Source: Macrostomum hystrix (lineage: Eukaryota > Animalia > Platyhelminthes). Taken from it: 64,000 bases of DNA. Below, piece by piece: positions 38,594 through 50,000 of the stretch. Where the stretch lies: contig CATNEN010000038.1 of NCBI GenBank assembly GCA_950097015.1, positions 10,292,001-10,356,000 on the forward strand, in the 5' to 3' direction. Under the pieces are notes generated by a model that was not told the DNA's origin, did not search any database, and was given only the letters and a program-made list of their open reading frames with translations. Position 1 is the first letter of the stretch. Every line of letters starts with the position of its first letter. A program made the position numbers and the translations under genes.

Positions 38594-39846
38594 TCATTCC
38601 GTTTGTCTAGTATCTAGTCTAAGCGTAATGTTGGGTGCAGAGCTCGCCCCATATAAAGATGACTGAGCAAGTCTATTTGCGTCATCTACAAATGGAGTAT
38701 TGAAAGGATTAAAATTTGTTGAACTTTCACTTTCGTGAAAGTGTTGCCGATATTTCGCGGTTACAGAAGTCAGTGCCGTATCTCCTTCACTCTCCAAGTC
38801 ACTTGTGGTGATATTATGGTAGTCATCGACTTGTAGCCCTTCTTCCATCACTTGAGCCTGTTGTTGATGCAGATGAGAGGCACTTATTGGTGTATCATGA
38901 TCAGGTGATACATCAATGGAAACTGAATTACAAAATGTCAGTTCTGTATTTTCGAGTTCCTTTAAAATGGCTACACATTTTTCTCTGGATAAGTGATGGG
39001 GGTCCTTCAATTCTGGAATGAATTTGCAACTTTTTCCGACAAGGCTCCATGGAATCTTGCCGTCGAAACCTGTCGCTGTTTTATGTGCAATTTTAGCCCT
39101 TAAAAAAATTTCTTGTCGCATTTTTTTCACATCGCTATAAACAGAAGCTAGGTTTCGTGGCTGACTAGTTTCAGCAAGCTGAACATCACTGCGCTCATTT
39201 GCCATATTTTGTTGTTCTGCTTTTTTCGCGTCATCCATTAGTTCTGCTATTTTATTTATATGGGGCTCCATAGCGCTTCTAACATTAGGCGATATGTCAT
39301 TGGACGTGGTAAAATCGGTTCCACGTCGGGTTAATATAATAAGTACGTATGTCTCACCTGTACGTTTTAAATCATTTACCACTTTTCTTATTTTCTTCTG
39401 CTGATTTTTAGCTTCTTCTTGAAGACGTCGCTTTTCTTCGATTGGCAGACTCATATACTCGCGACGCAGTTCGGCGGTCCACACTAGAATTAAAGGAAGA
39501 TTTGAATTTTTAAATTTTACCAAAACATAGTGACTAATTATTATATTTATTTATTTCTAGCTTTTATGTAAATTAATAGATGCACCCCACAGAGAATATA
39601 ACATATGATGTAGCCTAGAAAATACAACAATATTCAAGACTTTTAGAAAAAAACAATGTTATGCTGCATAAATGGACTAAAATGTTTTGTATTAAAAATA
39701 ATGCTGCCTACTCATACATTACTATTTCTTGAGTTCTAGTCTTACTATATATCCCTGTAGTATATTTTTAAGTAATACTGACCATAAGAAAACTTACCTG
39801 CCTTTCCTTTGTTTTGCAAAAACACATTGGCACCAGTTAGAACCAT
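38594..39846 (-). CDS. Intact 312-aa protein with N-terminal HMG-box-like helices; exons 39846-39798 and 39483-38594
   Basis: Phase-1 GT-AG join gives MVLTGANVFLQNKGKAVWTAELRREYMSLPIEEKRRLQEEAK, then a conserved-looking KIPW...LKDPHHLSREKCVAIL segment and a low-complexity tail; HMG call is by eye. Confidence 0.6.
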
Positions 39847-40536
39847 CTGTGTGTAAGAAAAAAATTAGAATTACAAAATAAAACCATTTTATTGCACTAT
39901 TTCTTATGCACTTTAATTTAAGACTCAAACTGAAATACGAAGCTTTAGTGCCTACTTTATGCTTTAAAATTTGAGTTAATTTAAATTTAAATTTCCTTTG
40001 TTTCTTTTTTTGGTTTGATAATCTCAATTTCTTATAATATAATCAGTACTGACCATAATAATCTTATTTCATCTTGTAACTCTTGTATTATGTATGCCTG
40101 TACCATAATAATATAAAAATATTATAGGGGTAGGGCCTAGTGAGAATATTATGTCACAAAAGGGTTGCTGTTCTATAAAAAGGTGTACAAGCGCATGGCA
40201 TAAATTTACTTTTGTTTGCAAAATTATTTTTATGAATAAATTTAAAATTGCGCTAAATGAAACAAAAAGTGCAGTGCAGAAACAATTCAGTTTATAGTAT
40301 TCGTAACAATTCAGTTCAATTCAGTTCAGTTCAGTTTAGTTTAGTTTACTTGGCTGTTATATAGCCACAGGGTATATAGTGACAAATCTAGTAAAAAATG
40401 CTACAGAATGCTTGGAAGTTGGAAGCTTGGAAATATTGCCTGATTGAAGTCACTAATAAAGGTTAGAAATGTAGCTGCGATTCTTTCTGCTCTTTGGATG
40501 CTGCCGAGCTGGTTATGGCCAAAGACAATTATGAAA

Positions 40537-41020
40537 GGCAGTGCTTATCCCCACGGTACCGTAGAAATAATTTTTGTCTTATTCCTACAGTACAGTGGGA
40601 ATAATTTCCTGCTTATCTGCACGGCACACTGACGAGATAGCTGTCCTATCTTCAACATAGCTCCAGAGATGCGTAAAGTAATAGACTGGATTATAGGCTT
40701 AGAAGGCTTGAGCTATAAGATTAGAAAAATACACACTTCAGTTGTATTCTTTTAAATATATAAATAATAGCAATATATATTTTATATACTTAAAAAGCCA
40801 CCGTATTAGTTAACTAATTGCGAAAAAAGCAGAAAACTTTTATTTGTTTACTTGCTTTTAAAAACCGGAAGAAAAAAAAATTGCAGTCACGATAAAAAGA
40901 TAGATGATTAGGACAGCTATCTTATCAGTGTGCCATGCGGATAAGCAGGAAATTATTCCCACGGTACCGTAGGAAAAAGACAAAAATTATTTCTACAGTA
41001 CCATGGGGATAAGCACTGCC
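40537..41020. mobile_element. Mutator/MULE-type MITE, 484 bp
   Basis: ~115-bp imperfect TIRs starting GGCAGTGCTTATCCCCA; perfect 9-bp TSD ATTATGAAA (40528-40536, 41021-41029). Confidence 0.9.
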
Positions 41021-43113
41021 ATTATGAAAAATTCCACACCACATTATTTATGCCAGGTATATTAATTATTATTGTTGCAAGGCAGGTAGTAACGTTGTAC
41101 AATTTTGGGAGGAGCAAAAAATTGTTTTGACATGCACTCTACCACTTTTCTGACTATGGCATGGTAGGGGGTTAAAGCTATAACAAATCTGATTAAAAAT
41201 GAAATCAGCACATCAAAAAGCCTTAGTAGCCACAGATTTATCCTCCTATCAAAACAAGAACTATTTTATATAGACCTAAAGTTCAAGAGACCCTCGCCTC
41301 CCCGCTGGGTCCATGGACCACCCTGCAGCTAAGTCTAGTAAGTCAAAGTTCAAGAAGCCCAAAAAGCAAGCAAAGTTAAAATGTATTAAAAACTTGAAGT
41401 CTATACTTTATAGCAATTATCATTTTGGTTTAAAAAATTTAGCTAGTCAGCCAGACCACTGACTGATAATTTGGATATAAGTTGCATTAGTAACACTCTT
41501 AGTAGTTTAGTCTTAGGTTTTAACTAACATCTATTATTAACTTTACATGTAACATTTTCATTGTGTCAGTTAATAAATGTTGAAAAATCAAAACAATTGG
41601 ATTGGGATTTCGATTTGCTGGCATAAGTAGTACTAGTAACTAAATTTAAAACGAAAAAACATTGCTTACCTTTGTTATAAAAAAATTAATAGAAAATTTC
41701 AATACTTAAATTGACAAAGTAACTTTAAAAAATACCTTCTCTAGACACAGTAAAGTACAATCTGTTATGGATGTAATGATATCCTAAGTGTAAAATGCCA
41801 ACTAAACTAGTTTGGTGGCGCAGCGCATTAGGGCGCGTTTTTTATTTAAACAATTCTAAACTATTAAATAAAAACTTAAATAAAAAATTATACTACAACG
41901 TAACTAAGAAAATCTTTTTTTGAGAAGTACTAATACACTTTTTTAATGCGCATACTTAGTTCTGTATAATTATTTGTTATACCATACGCACGTAAAGTTA
42001 TGAAATTGACGTAAAATCCGGACTATTCAGACTCGTTTTTGACATGTAAAAAGAGTATTTATAAAAATACAATTCTTTCTTTCCATGTAACACTAAAAAA
42101 GTGACGAATTCTATAGACAAATGAATACAATTATATTGAGAATGATTGCAGAAGGACTGCGGGCAATGGCACATCATTTAGTGACACTAGACCCACAGCG
42201 AGCTATTTTTTGCTAATACCTTATTCGGATCATTGTCATAAATAATTACGAGTACATAATCAGTCTTACTTGTTTCTGTTTCGTTTCTTTTAAGGCACTG
42301 TAGAGTTATACCGCTATACTTTCTGGAATTTTAGAACTGATTCTGGTTCTGGAATTCTGGGTAGAATGAAAAGCCTATTTTACGGGTTGGAGAGCTGGGT
42401 AAAACAGCTTTAATTTAATTTTTCAATTAACTGCCGTCAAAAATAAAGCCAATATAATCTAGCAACCAAGTTATATAAATATGAGTAATTTAAAATTAAA
42501 ATAAATATGATTTGATTTTGTTTTTGTCTTATAACTAGTATAAATATGTCTTTCTATGCATGTATAACTCAACCTGTGTGGCGTGTTGATAGAGAGAGCG
42601 CTCTGTTTGAGTGTTACGAGGGGGGTTCGAATTTTTTCCGTATTATTTTTACTAATGAATTTTTTTGATCCGATATTTTATTGTGATGCTAAATATTTAC
42701 TAATTATTTCGTTTTATAGCCATTTTATACAGTGGATGTGTTGTAATTTTAGTTCTGGCTTCTGATAAGCCATTAAGCCCTCGCTGTTAAGGTGGAAGTA
42801 TCATTTGTTTGAGACGGGGTGATCACTTCTTGGTTCTTACTTAGCACGATAGAAAAGCGTCATATATCTATTACACGTAAAATCCACTTAATCAGTAAGT
42901 CCCATCTAAACTCATTCAGCTTTAGTTGTATTGTATTAATTAGTATGAACTGTGGTTTGCTTGCCTATATGTTTGGAAATAAATGATTATCAGTGCAAAG
43001 GAAAAATATTTAGATAGCCAGTTACATACTTCATATTTCATACTTTCTACTTGCAGTAGACGAGTAGCATGATCCATGTAAAATTTATCGGAAGTCTACC
43101 CCCTACCCCCTAC

Positions 43114-43713
43114 CCCCCCGTGGGTCCACATGGATTCACCCGGCTAGCCGAGTATTTTTTGACTAGTGGAAGTGTCGGCTAGCCGGCGGCCGCGAGCTGA
43201 CAGTCTAGGGGTTTGGGCTGTGTACATTCACGGCTTGAAATACAATGTACAGTCTGGGGCTTCGGCGCCCGGGGAAGGGAGGGGGTGGCTGTAATAAAAT
43301 TTGGCCCGCAGAGTGGCGGAGGGGAGTTGGGGTGGCTGTCCTCGGAAAACAAAAAGTGACTCACTTTGAGATGATGCAGCTTTGCTCTGGATTGAGTAGA
43401 GATGTTCAAAATTGACAGCATTGTTGGAAAACATGTAAAGTGTAAGTGGATCAAATTTGGAGAAAATCTGACAAAGTGGGGCGACGATATGTCGAATTGA
43501 GTGATTTTTTGACGATTTTTGAGCAGTTTTTTGCACTTTTGAGCAGGAAGGAAATGATTTTTCGGGAATTTGAGTAGCCTATTGCACTCAGCGTAGGTGG
43601 TTTTAGGTATGTGCAAAGTTTGGTGCGATTTGGTTGAGCGGTTTCGGCGTCTATAAAGACAAAAGGCAGACACACACACAGACACACAGAGTTTTCACTT
43701 TTATATATATAGA
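43114..43713 (-). mobile_element. Helitron 5' module (could also function alone as a ~550-bp Helitron-N ending at CTAG 43166-43163)
   Basis: TCTATATATATAAAAGTGAAAACTCTGTGTGTCTGTGTG...AAACCGCTCAACCAAATCGCACCAAACTTTGCAC is a typical Helitron 5' end; CGGCTAGCCG hairpin + CTAG. Confidence 0.85.
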
Positions 43714-44330
43714 TGGTTCGTAAAGAGTTCTAGTTTGGGAAGACTTTAGTTTGGGAAGATTCTAGTTTGGGAAGATTCTATTTTGTGAAGATTCTGGTTT
43801 GTGAAGATTTTAGTTTCGGAAGATTCTAGTTTGGGAAAATTCTTTTTTTGGGGAGATTCTAGTTTGGGAAGATTCTTTTTTGAGGAGATTCTAGTTTGGG
43901 AAGATTCTAGTTTGGGGAGATTCTAGTCTGGGAAGATTCTTTTTTTGGGAAGATTCTAGTTTGGGAAGATTCTAGTTTGGGGAGATTTTAGTTTGGGAAT
44001 ATTATTTTTTGGGGAGATCCTAGTTTGGGAAGATTCTAGTTTGGGGAGATTCTATTTTGTGAAGATTCTGGTTTGTGAAGATTTTAGTTTGGGAAGAGTT
44101 ACAGTTTAGGAAGATTCTAGTTTGGGAAGATTCTAGTTTGCAAACTAGAAGATTTTGGTTTGGGAAGATTCTTTTTTGGGAAGATTCTAGTTTAGGAAGA
44201 TTCTAGTTTCGGAAGATTCTAGTTTCGGAATATTTAAGTTTGGGAAGATTCTAGTTTGGGAAGATTCTAGTTTGGGAAGATTTTGGTTTGGAAAGATACT
44301 AGTTTGGGAAGATTCTGGTTTTTAGATTGC
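43714..44330. repeat. ~16-bp minisatellite (TTTGGGAAGATTCTAG), right part
   Basis: Same unit as 10725-10930. Confidence 0.92.
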
Positions 44331-45309
44331 TTTAGTTAGAGAAGTCACAGGTTATGAATGGTTCTGGCTTGAGAAGTGATCCGCAAATAATAGTGTCCAG
44401 TAACACTAATAATGAGAAGTTATTAGTGTCCACGCGTTAATTCTTTTGAACTCTAGCACGCAAGCATGCCAGAAAATACAAGTGTAATTAATGAATAACT
44501 TTATAGCACATCTAATTCTCTTCTCGGACAAAAAACTGTTCTTAAACACGCAAAGGACGTACGAAATATTTTTCAGGTTTTGCTTCAACAAAGTTAGAAT
44601 TTGTTGCTTTCCTTCAGAGAGCATGGATAAAAAAGAGAAAGTAAATACAATAGAAAACATTAATGGACAGAAAGGGTTAGAACATTTTTAAAGCCAATCG
44701 AAGCGAATGCCCGCAAATGGAAAATCTGATAACAATATCCATTATTAAATTTGTCTATCATCAAGTTCACAGCGCTTCTATAGACAAACAAGTTTCTGCA
44801 ACAAGAAAAAAAGAAAACAAAAAAATAAATAATTAAGAGATGTAAAGAGAAAACAACAATAGAAAAAAACTATATGCCTTCTTGAAGTAAAAAAACTGCT
44901 GAAATCTAAAAAGCCACAAGTTTATAAGACAGAATTAATAATAGGCAGAGCAAGAACTTGGCCCGACGCAAATTAACAATAGCGGCAATAATCAATAGAA
45001 ATATACACGTGAAAGAGAAGTCTGTAAATAATTTCATATAATGCTGAACAGCCCAGCTGCCAGTGCTGCTGAAATTTCATTTTACACTTTATCCATGGTC
45101 TATGAGTGTTAATAAGGCTCTGTTTAAACTTTTTGAACATTTTGGGACAGCTCCTAAGGATTTGGGACCTTTTCCAAATAATTTTGTCTATTCCATAGAC
45201 TCGGATCATTTCGACATATTTGCGAAGATTCCAGTGGCTTCGGGACAGTTAGAAAAAAATGTTTCTGAAGGTTTTAATCGATTCTAAAAAGTTTTGGGTG
45301 ATTTCAACT

Positions 45310-45680
45310 GCTCTTGGGACGATTCCAAAAGCGTTGGGACGATTCTGAAAGCATTAGGAAGAATCCAAAAACGTTAGGACGATTCCAAGAGCATTAGGAA
45401 GATTCCAAAAGCGTTGGGACGATTCCAAGAGCATTAGGAAGATTCCAAAAGCGTTGGGACGATTCCAAAAGTGTTGGGACGATTCTGAAAGCATTAGGAA
45501 GATTCCAAAAGTGTTGGGACGATTCTGAAAGCATTAGGAAGATTCTGAAAGCGTTGGGACGATTCTGAAAGCATTAGGAAGATTCCAAAAGCGTTGGGAC
45601 GATTCCAAAAGCGTTGGGGACGATTCCAAAAGCGTTGGGAAAGATTCCAAAAAGCGTTGGGACGATTCTAAAAAGCTCTG
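45310..45680. repeat. 20-bp minisatellite (GATTCCAAAAGCGTTGGGAC / GATTCTGAAAGCATTAGGAA)
   Basis: Direct inspection. Confidence 0.88.
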
Positions 45681-47035
45681 GGACCATTTTGTTTTAAGGT
45701 TTTGACACTGATTCCAAAGAATCTTGTCCATTCCAAAATACTTAGGACGATTAAAAAAAGAAATTCTTATGGCTTTAATCAATTCTAAAAGCTCGGGACG
45801 ATTCCAAAGGATTTTGGGACGAATCCAAAGGATTCATATTTCTGGGACCAATGCGGAGGTTTTGAGTCGGTTCTATAGGCTTTAATCGATGGCTATAAAC
45901 TTGCTCTTAAGCCAGTTTTACAAGAATTTAGGACAATTCCAAATGAGATTCGGGACGACAGCTAAAAGTAAATTATTATAGTTTTCAAACGCATAATAAT
46001 GAAATTTTGAATTTTGAGCACAGGCAGCTGGGCGAAAATATAGGGATGCCAAAGCAATAAAAATGGAATAGGAAATATCTTCATAGAAATTTGGGATTTC
46101 ATAAGCGAAACGCAGGTTCGAGAAAAAATGCAAAAAAGCTCGACAGAGAGACAAAAAAGAGAGAACCGACGCGCACTACTACAAGTAGGAAAATGTGCTT
46201 TTTGTTGAAAAATCGCATTACTGATATAAAAAACAAACTGTTTAATAATAAATGTTATTTCTTAACAAGAAGAATCACTGATAACTTTTAGCATTACTTC
46301 GACCTTTAAAATTGTAACAAAAAACCACTATTAAATTGGCACTACACAACAGGACTGTAAAAGGAAACGACTTCTTACAACGAATATTACAAATTTTTAA
46401 AGTAATGCACAAAACACGCAGAAAATGGTAACTTTTAAATGGATAGTTAAAAGGTTATGCAGACAGTTTTAGCCATAGACAGTGATTTATTTGCTGTCCT
46501 AGCAGGGTCAGCAGAATGTGGTCTATGCTAATTTGGCCAGTGAACTGATTGAACAAATACACTAATTTTTATCCAATCAATTTAACAGATAGATTGCCCC
46601 GTACAGAATATTGACAGATAGGTACAGGTGTTTTCGAATAAAAAGTTGTCAAAATGCGTGCCACTGCGCATTAACAGCGGTTATTCGCCATTTGCTGATC
46701 CATAGACATGCAGTTACAGACAGAATTACAGATAGACAGGCATTTACAGACAAAATTGTATTTAATAAATCGAAGATGAAGACTTAGAAGCCATGATTTT
46801 TGCACAATGCTGCATATTTTTATTCGTAAAAATACAACACAATGACCACTTAGAATATTTTTGTTAAATGTTACGGATACATTTTCGTTGGATGATTAGC
46901 TGTGTCCCACATTAATATCATGGAGGGATTTTTCAGCCAAATTACTATTAATGCTTAACATTATTTATTATATTTAGTCGAAATTCTTATCAATCACCGA
47001 TATTTTAAGCCAGATACAGGCTTCTATGCTAGACT

Positions 47036-50000
47036 TCAATAGTGGCCACCGCCGAAGCTCCCGCCGCCGGCGCTGCCACCGCCGCGGCTGCCGCTGTAGA
47101 ACACCTCCTGATAGACGGTGGCTCCGCATTGCTGCATGGCGGAGGCATCAGCTGGATGCTGGCCAATGGGATTGTAGGGCGCGTCAAAATTTGGGAAGCC
47201 GTCGGCATTGTAACCAGGCGGTGGCATTGAAGTTGGCATCGGGGAGGCCGCGGCAGTCTCGGACGGTGGCAGAGGCATTGAGTTCAGCTTCTCGATGACA
47301 CTCTCAATCATGACGGAGTTCTCCTTGTGCATGCCGTCAACGCTGAGCAGGGCGGTGAAGACTGTCGACAGTTCAAGCAGGCGCTTAACGGCTGCGGAAT
47401 TCGATGCGGATTTCTGGGTGTTTCTAAGAAACTCAAACCGAAACCACCGCTTTCCAATGCGGATTTCTGGGTGTTTCTAAGAAACTCAAACCGAAACCAC
47501 CGCTTTCCGATGCGGATTTCTGGGTGTTTCTAACAAACTCAAACCGAAACCACCGCTTTCCAATGCGGATTTCTGGGTGTTTCTAACAAACTCAAACCGA
47601 AACCACCGCTTTCCAATGCGGATTTCTGGGTGTTTCTAACAAACTCAAACCGAAACCACCGCTTTCCAATGCGGATTTCTGGGTGTTTCTAACAAACTCA
47701 AACCGAAACCACCGCTTTCCAATGCGGATTTCTGGGTGTTTCTAAGAAACTCAAACCGAAACCACCGCTTTCCAATGCGGATTTCTGGGTGTTTCTAAGA
47801 AACTCAAACCGAAACCACCGCTTTCCAATGCGGATTTCTGGGTGTTTCTAACAAACTCAAACCGAAACCACCGCTTTCCAATGCGGATTTCTGGGTGTTT
47901 CTAACAAACTCAAACCGAAACCACCGCTTTCCGATGCGGATTTCTGGGTGTTTCTAACAAACTCAAACCGAAACCACCGCTTTCCAATGCGGATTTCTGG
48001 GTGTTTCTAACAAACTCAAACCGAAACCACCGCTTTCCAAATCTCTACTTAAACCAAAAGTTTAGAATAGGGAAATTGAATAAAAGGAAAGGATTTTAAT
48101 TGGTAGGAAAATACTTAGTAATGGCTGTCCATGGTAAATCGGCGGGTGTAACAATGTAAGCAAAAAGTAGACAGGCAGAACAGACTAACCAGCTAGTCGA
48201 ACAGTGAGATTCAGCCAAGGATCGGAGGCCACCATGTCGGTAGTCCAGCCGCGCATTGCGATTTCCTCCGAGCGCAGGTAGATCCAAAACAGGCCTATGA
48301 CAGCCGAATGAACGCTGATCACAGAGCCAAGGTCTTCGAACATGCTCTCAGGGTATTGGATGCCGATGTCTGCTTGGGATTGGGGAAAATGAGCTCAAAC
48401 GTAAAGCTGAAGTGAAAATTAACAGATGGGAGGATGGGGTGGGTGACAGCAGACACCCTGGAGAATCGGAGGATGGGGTGGGTGACAGCAGACACCCTGG
48501 AGAATCAGATAATGGGGTGGGTGACAGCAGACACCCTGGAGAATCAGATGATGGGGTGGGTGACAGCAGACACCCTGGAGAATCAGATAATGGGGTGGGT
48601 GACAGCAGACACGCTGGAGAATCGGAGGATGGGGTGGGTGACAGCAGACACCCTGGAGAATCGGAGGATGGGGTGGGTGACAGCAGACACGCTGGAGAAT
48701 CGGAGGATGGGGTGGGTGACAGCAGACACGCTGGAGAATCGGAGGATGGGGTGGGTGACAGCAGACACCCTGGAGAATCAGAGGATGGGGTGGGTGACAG
48801 CAGACACCCTGGAGAATCGGAGGATGGGGTGGGTGACAGCAGACACGCTGGAGAATCGGAGGATAGGGTGGGTGACAGCAGACACCCTGGAGAATCAGAG
48901 GATGGGGTGGGTGACAGCAGACACCCTGTAGAATCAGATAATGGGGTGGGTGACAGCAGACACCCTGGAGAATCAGATAATGGGGTGGGTGACAGCAGAC
49001 ACCCTGGAGAATCAGATGATGGGGTGGGTGACAGCAGACACCCTGGAGAATCAGATAATGGGGTGGGTGACAGCAGACACGCTGGAGAATCGGAGGATGG
49101 GGTGGGTGACAGCAGACACCCTGGAGAATCGGAGGATGGGGTGGGTGACAGCAGACACGCTGGAGAATCGGAGGATGGGGTGGGTGACAGCAGACACGCT
49201 GGAGAATCGGAGGATGGGGTGGGTGACAGCAGACACCCTGGAGAATCAGAGGATGGGGTGGGTGACAGCAGACACACTGGAGAATCGGAGGATGGGGTGG
49301 GTGACAGCAGACACGCTGGAGAATCGGAGGATGGGGTGGGTGACAGCAGACACCCTGGAGAATCAGAGGATGGGGTGGGTGACAGCAGACACACTGGAGA
49401 ATCGGAGGATAGGGTGGGTGACAGCAGACACCCTGGAGAATCAGATAATGGGGTGGGTGACAGCAGACACCCTGGAGAATCGGAGGATGGGGTGGGTGAC
49501 AGCAGACACCCTGGAGAATCGGAGGATGGGGTGGGTGACAGCAGACACGCTGGAGAATCGGAGGATGGGGTGGGCGACAGCAGACACCCTGGAGAATCAG
49601 AGGATGGGGTGGGTGACAGCAGACACCCTGGAGAATCGGAGGATGGGGTGGGTGACAGCAGACACCCTGGAGAATCAGATAATGGGGTGGGTGACAGCAG
49701 ACACCCTGGAGAATCGGAGGATGGGGTGGGTGACAGCAGACACCCTGGAGAATCGGAGGATGGGGTGGGTGACAGCAGACACCCTGGAGAATCAGAGGAT
49801 GGGGTGGGTGACAGCAGACACCCTGGAGAATCAGAGGATGGGGTGGGTGACAGCAGATACCCTGGAGAATCGGAGGATGGGGTGGGTGACAGCAGACACC
49901 CTGGAGAATCAGATAATGGGGTGGGTGACAGCAGACACCCTGGAGAATCAGAGGATGGGGTGGGTGACAGCAGACACCCTGGAGAATCAGAGGATGGGGT

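Larger units (their letters stand above)
37216..42106 (-). mobile_element. KDZ-type unit 2 (4.9 kb, no transposase; carries an HMG-like gene)
   Basis: Left end is the shared 100-bp terminus + ~19 x 59-bp array (37315-38419). Flanked by AATTCTAT at 37208-37215 and 42107-42114. GTGACG is at both ends. Confidence 0.65.
10931..43713 (-). mobile_element. Helitron-bounded composite block, 32.8 kb, non-autonomous
   Basis: Minus strand starts A|TCTATATATATAAAAGTG at 43713 and ends TGCCCCAAAAACAACGGGCA-AAAAAAG-CTAG|T at 10931. Joined flanks give GATAA|TGGTT (A^T target, no TSD) inside one minisatellite. A Helitron PIF1 C-terminus lies 630 bp inside the 3' end. Confidence 0.7.

Noticed and set aside
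12647-43207. Academ-like giant TIR element beginning TAGAC
   Set aside because: Weak similarity outside the 79-bp core, no TSD and no Academ transposase
47404-47430. Idea that the 53-bp repeat duplicates the NR splice acceptor
   Set aside because: AGs within the repeat give the wrong phase or a stop; the in-phase acceptor is CCGCAG| at 47392, outside the array
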